Source: an uncultured Arcobacteraceae bacterium (lineage in GTDB: Bacteria; Campylobacterota; Campylobacteria; Campylobacterales; Arcobacteraceae). Taken from it: a stretch of DNA of 52,123 bases. Positions 29,116 to 38,548 of the stretch are shown piece after piece (positions within the stretch are counted from its first letter, which is position 1; each line of letters begins with the position of its first letter). The position numbers were made by a program, and so were the translations under genes. The DNA lies in NCBI GenBank assembly GCA_964022095.1, contig CAXHZO010000016.1, positions 1 to 52,123 on the forward strand. Direction: 5' to 3'. The notes beneath the pieces were generated by a model. That model searched no databases, was not told the origin of the DNA, and saw only the letters and a program-made list of their open reading frames with translations.

Positions 29116-30158
29116 AAACAAAAAGGAAAGATAGATGCTAAAACTAATTAGTAATATGAAAAGAAGTATGATGGCAACATCAATAATAGCATTGTTAAGT
29201 GTAATGGCTATTGTAGATACTGCATCAGCAGCACAAAACTGGAGGTTTTCAAACCTATACGGAAGAGGGACAGCATTTGGTGATTTATATCAACAATTAG
29301 CAAAAGATATAGAGAAAAACACAAATGGTGAAGTAAAAGTACAAGTTTTATTCTCAGGTGAAGGTGTAGGAACATCAGGATTATTAGGTGCAACAAAATC
29401 AGGTCTAATTACAATGGCAGCACCATTTCAATCAATGCACGCAGGAGAATTACCAGCAGGTGTAGTAGAAATTGGACTTCCAGGTGGAACAGCAGATACA
29501 GATAAATTAAATAAATTATTCCATGAAGATGGATGGGATAAAATATTAGAAAAAGCATATGGATCTCAAGGATTAGTATGGTTAGCGCCATATATCCAAC
29601 CACCAGTATATATAATCACTAAAAAACCAATTGAAAAAATAGAAGACTTTCAAGGATTAAAAATTAGAGCTCCAGGAGCATATGGTAAATTCTTAAGAAA
29701 CTTAGGAGCATCGCCAGTATCTTTAGCGTGGAGTGAGATTTATACAAGTTTAGCAACAGGTGTAATTGATGGATCAATTGGATCAAATATGATTGACCAT
29801 AGAGATGGTAACCATGTAGAAGTTGCAAAGTATATGTATAAACTTCCATTAGCAGGAGCACAAGTATTACCAATCGTAGTAAATAGAAATGCATGGAATA
29901 AATTAAGTGATGAAGCGAAAGCTGGAGTAAGAGCTGCAACAGTAGCACATGCAAAATCACAATTAGAGATGTCAAAGAAATGGGAAAAAGAAGCAGTAAC
30001 TCAAATGGAAGCTAAAGGCTTAAAGTGGTCACCAGCTCCAAGTGAAGCAGATAAAGCTGCATGGAAAAAGGCAGGTGCTGGATTATGGGATGAGTATTCA
30101 TCAAAAGATAAATACAGCAAACAATTAATTGATGTATTAAGAAATCAAGCTAAATAAT
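29116..30158 (+). repeat. 1043-bp direct repeat, copy A (RBS plus dctP)
   Basis: Matches 31552-32594 (offset 2436); only 4 differences seen, at 30049, 30068, 30070 and 30109. Confidence 0.95.
29135..30157 (+). CDS. dctP: TRAP transporter substrate-binding protein, copy 1
   Basis: Signal peptide, TNGEVKVQV, DFQGLKIRAPG, EIYTSLATGVIDG. Confidence 0.92.
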   Translation: MLKLISNMKRSMMATSIIALLSVMAIVDTASAAQNWRFSNLYGRGTAFGDLYQQLAKDIEKNTNGEVKVQVLFSGEGVGTSGLLGATKSGLITMAAPFQSMHAGELPAGVVEIGLPGGTADTDKLNKLFHEDGWDKILEKAYGSQGLVWLAPYIQPPVYIITKKPIEKIEDFQGLKIRAPGAYGKFLRNLGASPVSLAWSEIYTSLATGVIDGSIGSNMIDHRDGNHVEVAKYMYKLPLAGAQVLPIVVNRNAWNKLSDEAKAGVRAATVAHAKSQLEMSKKWEKEAVTQMEAKGLKWSPAPSEADKAAWKKAGAGLWDEYSSKDKYSKQLIDVLRNQAK

Positions 30159-30191
30159 TAGGATTTTTCAATGAATAAAAAGGTGCAACTA

Positions 30192-31475
30192 ATGAGTAAC
30201 AATGAATTACAAGATAGAAAAAATAAAGTAATTGCAAGAGGACAAGGAAACGCTTATCCAGTTTATGTAGAAAAAGCAAAAAATGCTGAAATTTGGGATG
30301 TAGAAGGAAATAGATTTATTGATTTTGGTACAGGTATTGCTGTTTGTAATACTGGACATTCTCATCCAAAAATTGTTGAAGCTGTTAAAAATCAAGTTGA
30401 GAAGTTTTCTCATACTTGTGTAATGGTAAACCCTTATGAAGTTGCAGTTGAATTAGCAGAAAAGTTAACAAAACTTGCACCAGGTGATAGCGAAAAGAAA
30501 GCAATTTTTGTAACAACTGGAGCAGAAGCTGTTGAAAACTGTGTGAAAATTGCAAGAGCTCATACGAAAAGAAGAGGTGTAATTGCATTTAATGGTGGTT
30601 TCCATGGTAGAACAAATTTAACTATGGGATTAACTGGAAAAATTGCTCCATATAAAATTGGATTTGGACCATTCCCTGGTGATATTTATCACCTACCTTA
30701 TCCAACAAAATTAAATGGTACATCTGTAAAAGATAGTTTAGTTGCCTTAAAAAATCTTTTTAAAGTAGATATTTTACCTGAAGATGTTGCAGCAATTATT
30801 GTAGAACCTGTTCAAGGTGAAGGTGGATTTTATGAAACACCAGCAGAACTTTTACAACAATTAAGAGCAATTTGTGATGAACATGGAATTTTATTAATTT
30901 TAGATGAGATTCAAACTGGATTTGGAAGAACTGGAAAAATGTTCAGTGCTGAGCATTCAGGTGTTGAAGCAGATTTAATGACTATGGCCAAAGGAATTGC
31001 AGGTGGTTATCCACTATCAGCAGTTGTTGGAAAATCTGAAATTATGGACTCTCCAATTCCTGGTGGATTGGGTGGAACTTATGGTGGTTCACCAGTTGCT
31101 TGTGCTGCTGCACTTGCTGTATTAGAAATTATTGAAGAAGAAGATTTAATTAATAGATCAAATCAAATTGGAGATATTTTTAATAGAAGATTAAATGATT
31201 TAAAAACTAAATTTCCAGATTTAATTTCAGATGTTAGAAATAAAGGTTCTATGATTGCTTTAGAATTAATGAAAGATGGAAATCCAGAAAATGCAAATGT
31301 TGAATTAACAAAAGAAATTACTGCAAATGCAGCAAAATATGGATTAGTACTTTTATCTTGTGGATTTAATGCAAACGTAATTAGATTCTTACCAGCTTTA
31401 ACTACTAGTGATGAAATAGTAAATGAAGGACTAGATAAGTTTACTGAATTATTTGAAAGTTTAGTAGCAAAGTAA
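30192..31475 (+). CDS. gabT: 4-aminobutyrate--2-oxoglutarate transaminase
   Basis: IWDVEG.RFIDF, HTC.MV.PYE, TGAEAVEN, EPVQGEGGF, DEIQTGFGRTG, MAKGIAGG, PGGLGGTYGG; start set at ATG 30192 after an AAAGG RBS. Confidence 0.92.
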   Translation: MSNNELQDRKNKVIARGQGNAYPVYVEKAKNAEIWDVEGNRFIDFGTGIAVCNTGHSHPKIVEAVKNQVEKFSHTCVMVNPYEVAVELAEKLTKLAPGDSEKKAIFVTTGAEAVENCVKIARAHTKRRGVIAFNGGFHGRTNLTMGLTGKIAPYKIGFGPFPGDIYHLPYPTKLNGTSVKDSLVALKNLFKVDILPEDVAAIIVEPVQGEGGFYETPAELLQQLRAICDEHGILLILDEIQTGFGRTGKMFSAEHSGVEADLMTMAKGIAGGYPLSAVVGKSEIMDSPIPGGLGGTYGGSPVACAAALAVLEIIEEEDLINRSNQIGDIFNRRLNDLKTKFPDLISDVRNKGSMIALELMKDGNPENANVELTKEITANAAKYGLVLLSCGFNANVIRFLPALTTSDEIVNEGLDKFTELFESLVAK

Positions 31476-31551
31476 TTTAACTTAATAGGAGGAGGTGTAT
31501 TTCTATATAACTATAAAAACTCTTGTAAAACTAGTAGAAGGTCAAAAAATA

Positions 31552-32594
31552 AAACAAAAAGGAAAGATAGATGCTAAAACTAATTAGTAATATGAAAAGA
31601 AGTATGATGGCAACATCAATAATAGCATTGTTAAGTGTAATGGCTATTGTAGATACTGCATCAGCAGCACAAAACTGGAGGTTTTCAAACCTATACGGAA
31701 GAGGGACAGCATTTGGTGATTTATATCAACAATTAGCAAAAGATATAGAGAAAAACACAAATGGTGAAGTAAAAGTACAAGTTTTATTCTCAGGTGAAGG
31801 TGTAGGAACATCAGGATTATTAGGTGCAACAAAATCAGGTCTAATTACAATGGCAGCACCATTTCAATCAATGCACGCAGGAGAATTACCAGCAGGTGTA
31901 GTAGAAATTGGACTTCCAGGTGGAACAGCAGATACAGATAAATTAAATAAATTATTCCATGAAGATGGATGGGATAAAATATTAGAAAAAGCATATGGAT
32001 CTCAAGGATTAGTATGGTTAGCGCCATATATCCAACCACCAGTATATATAATCACTAAAAAACCAATTGAAAAAATAGAAGACTTTCAAGGATTAAAAAT
32101 TAGAGCTCCAGGAGCATATGGTAAATTCTTAAGAAACTTAGGAGCATCGCCAGTATCTTTAGCGTGGAGTGAGATTTATACAAGTTTAGCAACAGGTGTA
32201 ATTGATGGATCAATTGGATCAAATATGATTGACCATAGAGATGGTAACCATGTAGAAGTTGCAAAGTATATGTATAAACTTCCATTAGCAGGAGCACAAG
32301 TATTACCAATCGTAGTAAATAGAAATGCATGGAATAAATTAAGTGATGAAGCGAAAGCTGGAGTAAGAGCTGCAACAGTAGCACATGCAAAATCACAATT
32401 AGAGATGTCAAAGAAATGGGAAAAAGAAGCAGTAACTCAAATGGAAGCTAAAGGCTTAAAGTGGTCACCAGCTCCAAGTGAAGCGGATAAAGCTGCATGG
32501 AAAGAAGCAGGTGCTGGATTATGGGATGAGTATTCATCAAAAGACAAATACAGCAAACAATTAATTGATGTATTAAGAAATCAAGCTAAATAAT
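31552..32594 (+). repeat. 1043-bp direct repeat, copy B
   Basis: Partner of 29116-30158. Confidence 0.95.
31571..32593 (+). CDS. dctP: TRAP transporter substrate-binding protein, copy 2
   Basis: Identical to copy 1 except one K-to-E change near the C-terminus. Confidence 0.92.
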   Translation: MLKLISNMKRSMMATSIIALLSVMAIVDTASAAQNWRFSNLYGRGTAFGDLYQQLAKDIEKNTNGEVKVQVLFSGEGVGTSGLLGATKSGLITMAAPFQSMHAGELPAGVVEIGLPGGTADTDKLNKLFHEDGWDKILEKAYGSQGLVWLAPYIQPPVYIITKKPIEKIEDFQGLKIRAPGAYGKFLRNLGASPVSLAWSEIYTSLATGVIDGSIGSNMIDHRDGNHVEVAKYMYKLPLAGAQVLPIVVNRNAWNKLSDEAKAGVRAATVAHAKSQLEMSKKWEKEAVTQMEAKGLKWSPAPSEADKAAWKEAGAGLWDEYSSKDKYSKQLIDVLRNQAK

Positions 32595-32604
32595 CGGATA
32601 TATC

Positions 32605-33138
32605 ATGAAAAAAATCCTACAACTTATATGTTCAGTTATTGATAAGATTATTATGTTGTTAGGTAAAGGGGCATCATTTATGATGCCCATCCTTGCCTTC
32701 ATCGTTGTTTATGAAGTAGTTGCAAGATATCTATTTGATGCCCCAACAATTTGGGCATATGATTTATCACTATTTCTATTTGGTTATATAGCAGCTTTAG
32801 GAGGAGCTTATGCTCAACAAAAAAGAGCCCACATAAACGTGGATATACTTTATTTATCAGTTTCTCCTAAAGTTAAAAATATTTTTAATCTAATTTCTTA
32901 TTCTCTTGGTATCTTCTTTCTTATCATTATTCTTTATATGAGTATTACAAAATTTAATGAAGCAATAGAGTTTGATTATAGAAGACAAAGTGAATGGGCT
33001 CCAGCTATGTGGCATTTTTGGGTTATGTTAGGAATTGCAAGTGTTTTATTTATCATGCAATTATTTAGAGACATGATAGGAGAAGCATATCATTTATTTA
33101 CTGGAACAGAATTAATAGAAAAGGAGAATAAAAAATGA
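32605..33138 (+). CDS. dctQ: TRAP transporter small permease
   Basis: YEVVARYLFDAPTIWA, HINVD; 4 TM. Confidence 0.92.
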   Translation: MKKILQLICSVIDKIIMLLGKGASFMMPILAFIVVYEVVARYLFDAPTIWAYDLSLFLFGYIAALGGAYAQQKRAHINVDILYLSVSPKVKNIFNLISYSLGIFFLIIILYMSITKFNEAIEFDYRRQSEWAPAMWHFWVMLGIASVLFIMQLFRDMIGEAYHLFTGTELIEKENKK

Positions 33139-34463
33139 TTGGTGTAGAACTATTGACAGGTATTTTATTACTTTGTATTTTATTATTCTTTGCACTTGGT
33201 GCACCAGTAGGTTTAGCTCTTGGTGGAATCGCTATGTTAATAGGATATTTTACTTGGGGAGATGGAATTTTTAATGTAATTCCTACAACAGTAGAAGCGA
33301 CTTTTTTTAGTTTTATTTTATTAGCTATTCCTTTATATATTTATATGGGACAACTCTTAACCCACTCAGGTATTGGTGATTCTATGTTCGCTGCTAGTCA
33401 AATGATGATCGGTAAAATTAGAGGTTCACTTGCTATTAGTGTTGTATTTATCTGTTCTATGATTGGTGCAATGGTTGGTATTATTGGTGCTGGAATTATG
33501 AGTTCAGGGAGTATTGCTTTAAAGCCAATGCTTGATGCAGGTTATAATAGAAGACTAGCTTTAGGAACTATTATGGCAGGAGGTGCTTTAGGTATCTTAA
33601 TTCCACCTAGTATTCCAATGATTATGTTTGCAGCTTCTACTCAAAACTCTGTTGGTAGGATGTTCTTAGGTGCGATGGTTCCTGCATTAGTTACTATATT
33701 CTTTTTGATTTTATATATTGTAATTAGTTCTAAGTTAAAACCTGAAAATGCCCCACTTTTAAGTGAAACAACACAAGGTTTACCAGAACTTACTGGAAAA
33801 GAAAAATTCAAAGTATTTAGAAATGGTTTTTTCTCTATTGGTTTAATTTTTGTTGTTTTAGGAAGTATTATTTCAGGTATTGCAACACCAACTGAATCAG
33901 GTGCATTAGGAGTAGCAGGTGCTATTATTCTTGCATTTTTCTTTAAGAAGTTTAAAGTTGAAATGTTCAGAACAGTAGGAATGCAAACTACAATTTTAGT
34001 AAGTGTTGCTATGTGGATTATTCTTGGAGCATCAGTGTTTAGTAATTTCCATTTACTTATGGGAATTCAAGGAATGATTGCAGATTTTACAAATGGATTA
34101 GATTTACCTCCAATTGCAATTATTATTATGTTCCAATTAATTATGTTATTACTTGGATTTATTATTGATGAGTTTATTATTGTATTAATGTGTGCGCCAT
34201 TATTTACACCAATTGCAGTTTCATTAGGATATGACCCAATTTGGTTTGGTGTTTTAATGATTATTAATATTTTAATTGCAGTACAAACTCCACCTTATGG
34301 ATTTGCACTATTTTATTTAAAAGGGATTGCTCCTGCTGGTGTTGGTATGGGTGAAATTTATAAGTCTGTAACTCCATTTATTTTAATTAATTTAACAGTA
34401 CTTATAATTTGTATGGTTTTTCCAGAGATAGTACTTTGGCTACCAAATAAAGTCATGGGATAA
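33135..34463 (+). CDS. dctM: TRAP transporter large permease
   Basis: AIPLYI.MG, LGILIPPSI, ATPTES, TPPYG. Confidence 0.93.
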   Translation: MIGVELLTGILLLCILLFFALGAPVGLALGGIAMLIGYFTWGDGIFNVIPTTVEATFFSFILLAIPLYIYMGQLLTHSGIGDSMFAASQMMIGKIRGSLAISVVFICSMIGAMVGIIGAGIMSSGSIALKPMLDAGYNRRLALGTIMAGGALGILIPPSIPMIMFAASTQNSVGRMFLGAMVPALVTIFFLILYIVISSKLKPENAPLLSETTQGLPELTGKEKFKVFRNGFFSIGLIFVVLGSIISGIATPTESGALGVAGAIILAFFFKKFKVEMFRTVGMQTTILVSVAMWIILGASVFSNFHLLMGIQGMIADFTNGLDLPPIAIIIMFQLIMLLLGFIIDEFIIVLMCAPLFTPIAVSLGYDPIWFGVLMIINILIAVQTPPYGFALFYLKGIAPAGVGMGEIYKSVTPFILINLTVLIICMVFPEIVLWLPNKVMG

Positions 34464-34473
34464 AGGTTTTAAA

Positions 34474-34908
34474 ATGTTTAAAAAAATATTAGTACCTATT
34501 CATTTAGCGTATAAAAAGAATCATAAAAAATTATTTGCAGGTGCATTAAATGTACTTGATGATGATGGAGAATTTTCATTACTTTATGTAAACACAAATA
34601 GAAATCATGGTTCGGTTTATCCTATACTTGATGATAATAGTGAAGAAAATTTTAATCATTCTGCTTACGAAGAGTTAAAACAGATTATAGATTCACATGA
34701 TTTACCAAAAGATAAATTATCAATGAATATTAGAAATGGCTCAGTTCATAGAGAAATATTAGAAGAAGCAAGAAGAATTGGTGCAGATGCAATTGTAATG
34801 ATGGCAACAAAGCCAGGAGTAGGAAACTATTTTATTAGTAGTACAGCAGAGCGTGTAATTAGACATGCTAATTGTTCTGTATTTGTTATTAGACTTACTG
34901 GTTATTAA
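34474..34908 (+). CDS. Universal stress protein (TeaD-like position)
   Basis: MFKKILVP...ADAIVM...STAERVIRHANCSVFV. Confidence 0.9.
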   Translation: MFKKILVPIHLAYKKNHKKLFAGALNVLDDDGEFSLLYVNTNRNHGSVYPILDDNSEENFNHSAYEELKQIIDSHDLPKDKLSMNIRNGSVHREILEEARRIGADAIVMMATKPGVGNYFISSTAERVIRHANCSVFVIRLTGY

Positions 34909-34926
34909 TTAAAAATAGGAGAAGAG

Positions 34927-36318
34927 ATGAGTAAAATAGAAGTAACATCACCATATGATGGAAGTGTAGTAGGTGAAGTGCCATTTAGTACATATGAAGA
35001 AGTGCAAGCTGCGATAGATACAGCATATGAAAAGTTTGAAGATAAAGACAACTGGATTCCAAAATATAAAAGAATAGAAATACTAGAGAAACTTATGGAA
35101 ATCATGAGTTCTCAAGTAGAAGAATTAACAATTCTTTGTGCAAGTGAAGGTGGAAAACCATATATGGACTCAAAAGTAGAAATACAAAGAGCAATAAATG
35201 GTATTAAAATAGCAATTGAACAAATAGGAGCTATTGAAGGTCAAGAAATAGCAATGGGTCATACAGCAAGTAGTGCAAATAGAATGGCTTATACAATGAA
35301 AGAACCAATCGGTGTAGTAGCAGCAATTAGCGCATTTAATCACCCCTTCAACCTTGCAGTTCATCAAGTAATTCCAGCAATCGCAGTAGGATGTCCAGTA
35401 ATTATAAGACCAGCAACTCAAACTCCAATGAGTGCAGTAAAATTAATAGAACTTTTAGAAGAAGCAGGACTTCCAAATGGTTGGGCACAAGCAGTAGTTT
35501 GTGATAGAACAGCAGGTGAATTATTAGTAACAAGCCCTAAAACAGCATTCTTTACTTTTATTGGTTCAGGACCAGTTGGTTGGTACTTAAATTCTAAAAG
35601 CTCACCTGGAACAAGAAGTGCCCTAGAACATGGTGGAGTAGCACCAGTAATTGTAGAACCAGATGCGGACTTTGCTTCAATGGTTCCAGATTTAGGTAAA
35701 GGTGGATTCTACCATGCAGGTCAAGTTTGTGTTTCTGTTCAAAGAATTTTTGCTCATGAATCAATCGCTGATAAATTAGCAGATGAATTAACAACTTACG
35801 CTAAAAACCTTGTAGTAGGTGATCAATTAGATCCTAAAACAGAAGTAGGACCACTAATTAATCATGATGAAGTAAATAGAGTAGAAGAATGGGTAAATGA
35901 AGCAGTACAAAAAGGTGGAAAAATACTAACTGGTGGTAAAAGAATTTCAGATTCATTATATGAACCAACAGTAATTGTTAATCCTTCTGATGATGCAATT
36001 ATTTCTCAAAAAGAGATATTTGGGCCAGTAGTAGTTGTTTACTCATATAAAACATTAGATGAAGCAATAACAAGAGCGAATCAATTAGATGTATCGTTCC
36101 AAGCAGCAGTATTTACAAAAAATATTGATGTAGCATTAAAATCAGTAAAAAGACTAAATGCAACAGCAGTAATGGTAAATGATCATACAGCATTTAGAGT
36201 AGATTGGATGCCATTTGGAGGAGCTAAGACATCAGGATTAGGATTAGGTGGAATACCAGATTCAATGAATGAAATGCAAAACCAAAAGATGATGGTTATT
36301 AAATCTCCTTCTTTATAA
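34927..36318 (+). CDS. Aldehyde dehydrogenase, copy 2 (candidate succinate-semialdehyde dehydrogenase)
   Basis: Colinear 463-aa paralog of 22854-24245; last gene of the gabT operon. Confidence 0.9.
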   Translation: MSKIEVTSPYDGSVVGEVPFSTYEEVQAAIDTAYEKFEDKDNWIPKYKRIEILEKLMEIMSSQVEELTILCASEGGKPYMDSKVEIQRAINGIKIAIEQIGAIEGQEIAMGHTASSANRMAYTMKEPIGVVAAISAFNHPFNLAVHQVIPAIAVGCPVIIRPATQTPMSAVKLIELLEEAGLPNGWAQAVVCDRTAGELLVTSPKTAFFTFIGSGPVGWYLNSKSSPGTRSALEHGGVAPVIVEPDADFASMVPDLGKGGFYHAGQVCVSVQRIFAHESIADKLADELTTYAKNLVVGDQLDPKTEVGPLINHDEVNRVEEWVNEAVQKGGKILTGGKRISDSLYEPTVIVNPSDDAIISQKEIFGPVVVVYSYKTLDEAITRANQLDVSFQAAVFTKNIDVALKSVKRLNATAVMVNDHTAFRVDWMPFGGAKTSGLGLGGIPDSMNEMQNQKMMVIKSPSL

Positions 36319-36337
36319 AATAAAAAATAGTATAATT

Positions 36338-36372
36338 AAAAGCTAAGATGAGTTTTCATCTTAGCTTTTTTT
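36338..36372 (+). terminator. Intrinsic terminator after ALDH copy 2
   Basis: AAAAGCTAAGATGA-GTTT-TCATCTTAGCTTTT plus T tract. Confidence 0.85.
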
Positions 36373-36396
36373 ATATCAAAATTTAGGGATACAAAT

Positions 36397-37041
36397 ATGA
36401 ACTGGGATGAAGTAATACAAATAGAGCAACAAAAAGATTATTACAAAAAATTACATGAAGAAATAGAAAAACGATATCAATCAACTACAGTTTTCCCTGA
36501 AAAAAAAAATATTTTTAAAGCTTTTTCCCTTACAAAGTTAGAGAACCTAAAAGTAGTAATATTTGGGCAAGATCCTTATCATGGAACGGGACAAGCTCAA
36601 GGTTTAGCTTTTTCTACACCAAGCGAAATTAAAAATCCTCCATCAATGGTAAATATATTAAAAGAGATAAATGATGATATAGGAAAATCAACTTGTGAAG
36701 ATGGTGATTTAACACCTTGGGCTAAGCAGGGTGTTTTACTTTTAAATACTATTTTAACAGTAGAAGAATCAAAACCAAAATCTCATCATAAATTAGGTTG
36801 GGAAGTTTTTACAGATAATATTATTAAGTATATTAGTGAAAATTGTGAAGGTATTGTATTTATACTTTGGGGTGCACCAGCTATAAAAAAAACTAAATTA
36901 ATTGATGAATCAAAGCATCATATTTTAACGTCTCCTCATCCAAGTCCATTATCTTCTTATAGAGGTTTTTTTGGATGTAAACACTTTTCAAAAACAAACG
37001 AAATATTAAAAAAACTGAGAAAAGAACCTATACGTTGGTAA
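36397..37041 (+). CDS. ung: Uracil-DNA glycosylase
   Basis: GQDPYH, QGVLLLN, HPSPLS. Confidence 0.96.
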   Translation: MNWDEVIQIEQQKDYYKKLHEEIEKRYQSTTVFPEKKNIFKAFSLTKLENLKVVIFGQDPYHGTGQAQGLAFSTPSEIKNPPSMVNILKEINDDIGKSTCEDGDLTPWAKQGVLLLNTILTVEESKPKSHHKLGWEVFTDNIIKYISENCEGIVFILWGAPAIKKTKLIDESKHHILTSPHPSPLSSYRGFFGCKHFSKTNEILKKLRKEPIRW

Positions 37042-37042
37042 T

Positions 37043-37390
37043 TTAATTAAAGATTTTAAATACTTTTGATTTTATAGTACTTAATGATAATTTTATTGCA
37101 GAGTATTTCATTACTTTTGCAACTTGTTTCCACTCATATTTTTCATAACAAGGGTTAGGACATTTTCTACATCTTGGTTTTATTTCATGGGGACAGTTTT
37201 GTAATTTTTCAAAAGAGTAGTCAATGTTTTTCTTACATTCATTACATAAAGTTAATGAGATATCAAACTCTGTATCTTGATAAATAACTGATATTTTTTT
37301 GTAATGAAGGTCTGTATGTTTATCTAAACAGTATGTTTCAAAAAACTTTTTAAGGGTTGCTACTTCTGTTTCAAATTTGAGTTTTGTCAT
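37043..37390 (-). CDS. YgbA / nitrous-oxide-stimulated-promoter family protein
   Basis: YC..KH, LC.EC, CP...KP.C.KCP.PCY, VMKYS; start set at ATG 37390 after an AAGGA RBS. Confidence 0.8.
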   Translation of the reverse strand: MTKLKFETEVATLKKFFETYCLDKHTDLHYKKISVIYQDTEFDISLTLCNECKKNIDYSFEKLQNCPHEIKPRCRKCPNPCYEKYEWKQVAKVMKYSAIKLSLSTIKSKVFKIFN

Positions 37391-37479
37391 AACAAAGTTC
37401 CTTTTTTGAAAAATAAGATAATTTTTATCTTGTTTTAATCGTACTTTTAATATTTTTACATAAAATAACATAATATGTA

Positions 37480-37493
37480 TTGACAATAATCAA
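37480..37493. promoter_or_regulatory. FNR-type box
   Basis: TTGAC-AATA-ATCAA, one mismatch from TTGAT-N4-ATCAA, between divergent ygbA-like and Crp/Fnr genes. Confidence 0.6.
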
Positions 37494-37506
37494 GAAAAGA
37501 GAGAAC

Positions 37507-38154
37507 ATGAGTAAAATACAGTTTGATGATTTTTATTTATTTAGTTTTTTAAATGATGAAGATTTGGATAGATTAAAACAAATAAGTGTTAAAAAGAAGT
37601 TTGAAAAAGATTCAATTCTTTTTTATAAAGGAGATGAACCTGTATATTTACATTTATTAGTAAAAGGTATTGCAAAACTTTATGTTCATGACCATAAAGA
37701 AAATGAAGTTATAATTCATAATTTAATTGCACCATCTTTAATTGCTGAAATAGTAAATTATGAAGATACAAAATTCCCTGCAAATTGCTCATTTGAAGTT
37801 CCTTCTGAAGTTATTTTAATTAACTACAAACAGTTTAAAGAAGAGTTTTTATCAAAACCTGAAATCTCAATGTTCTTTATTAAATCTCTAACAAAAAAAA
37901 TCAAAGCATTAGAAGGCTTTATTAATTATAATATTAGTTCAAGTAGTATTGAAAAAATAGCAAAATTCTTATATGAGAATGAATCAAATTTAAGCACATT
38001 AAAACAAGTTAAAATAGCTCAAATTTTAAATATTACTCCAGAAACTTTTTCAAGAAAAGTTGCTAAATTAAAACAAGAAGGAATCATAAAAAATGAGAAG
38101 GGAAAAATTTCAATATTAGATTACAAAAGATTAAAAGACTATATTGTCAATTAA
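37507..38154 (+). CDS. Crp/Fnr-family transcriptional regulator (NssR/DNR-like)
   Basis: cNMP domain LFYKGD...IAE...FPA; HTH IAQILNITPETFSR; no FNR cysteine cluster; start set at ATG 37507. Confidence 0.88.
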   Translation: MSKIQFDDFYLFSFLNDEDLDRLKQISVKKKFEKDSILFYKGDEPVYLHLLVKGIAKLYVHDHKENEVIIHNLIAPSLIAEIVNYEDTKFPANCSFEVPSEVILINYKQFKEEFLSKPEISMFFIKSLTKKIKALEGFINYNISSSSIEKIAKFLYENESNLSTLKQVKIAQILNITPETFSRKVAKLKQEGIIKNEKGKISILDYKRLKDYIVN

Positions 38155-38177
38155 TCTTTTATTTAGAGTACATATAA

Positions 38178-38537
38178 TTATTTTGCTTTAAAATCTAGTG
38201 AGATTGAATTTACACAATGTCTTGTACTTTTAGAAGTCATTCCCTCACCTTTAAATACATGGCCTAAGTGGCCTCCACAATTTGCACAAACTATTTCAAC
38301 TCTTCTTCCGTCTGCATCAGGAAGCTCTTTTACTGCATTTGATACTGTATCATCAAAGCTTGGCCAACCTGTTCCTGAATCAAACTTTGTATCTGATGGG
38401 AATAGCTCCGCATTACATTGACGACAAGTATATATGCCACTTTCATGGTGATCCCAAAACTTACCTGTAAAGGCTCTTTCTGTGCCTTTATTTATAATTA
38501 CTCTTTTTTCTTCTTCATTTAGTTCATTAAATGCCAT
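38178..38537 (-). CDS. msrB: Methionine-R-sulfoxide reductase
   Basis: GTERAF, KFDSGTGWPSF, HLGHVF, RHCVNS. Confidence 0.95.
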   Translation of the reverse strand: MAFNELNEEEKRVIINKGTERAFTGKFWDHHESGIYTCRQCNAELFPSDTKFDSGTGWPSFDDTVSNAVKELPDADGRRVEIVCANCGGHLGHVFKGEGMTSKSTRHCVNSISLDFKAK

Positions 38538-38548
38538 AATTTTCCTTT

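Noticed and set aside
31486-31587. Strong AGGAGGAGG with a 30-codon GTG ORF between gabT and dctP copy 2
   Set aside because: GTG 31495 overlaps the SD-like run, so the spacing is too short; the peptide is unrecognisable. It could be a remnant, but I cannot support it.
29208-32411. Six antisense ORFs repeated in both dctP copies
   Set aside because: Leu/His-rich shadows of codon bias; they recur only because the gene is duplicated
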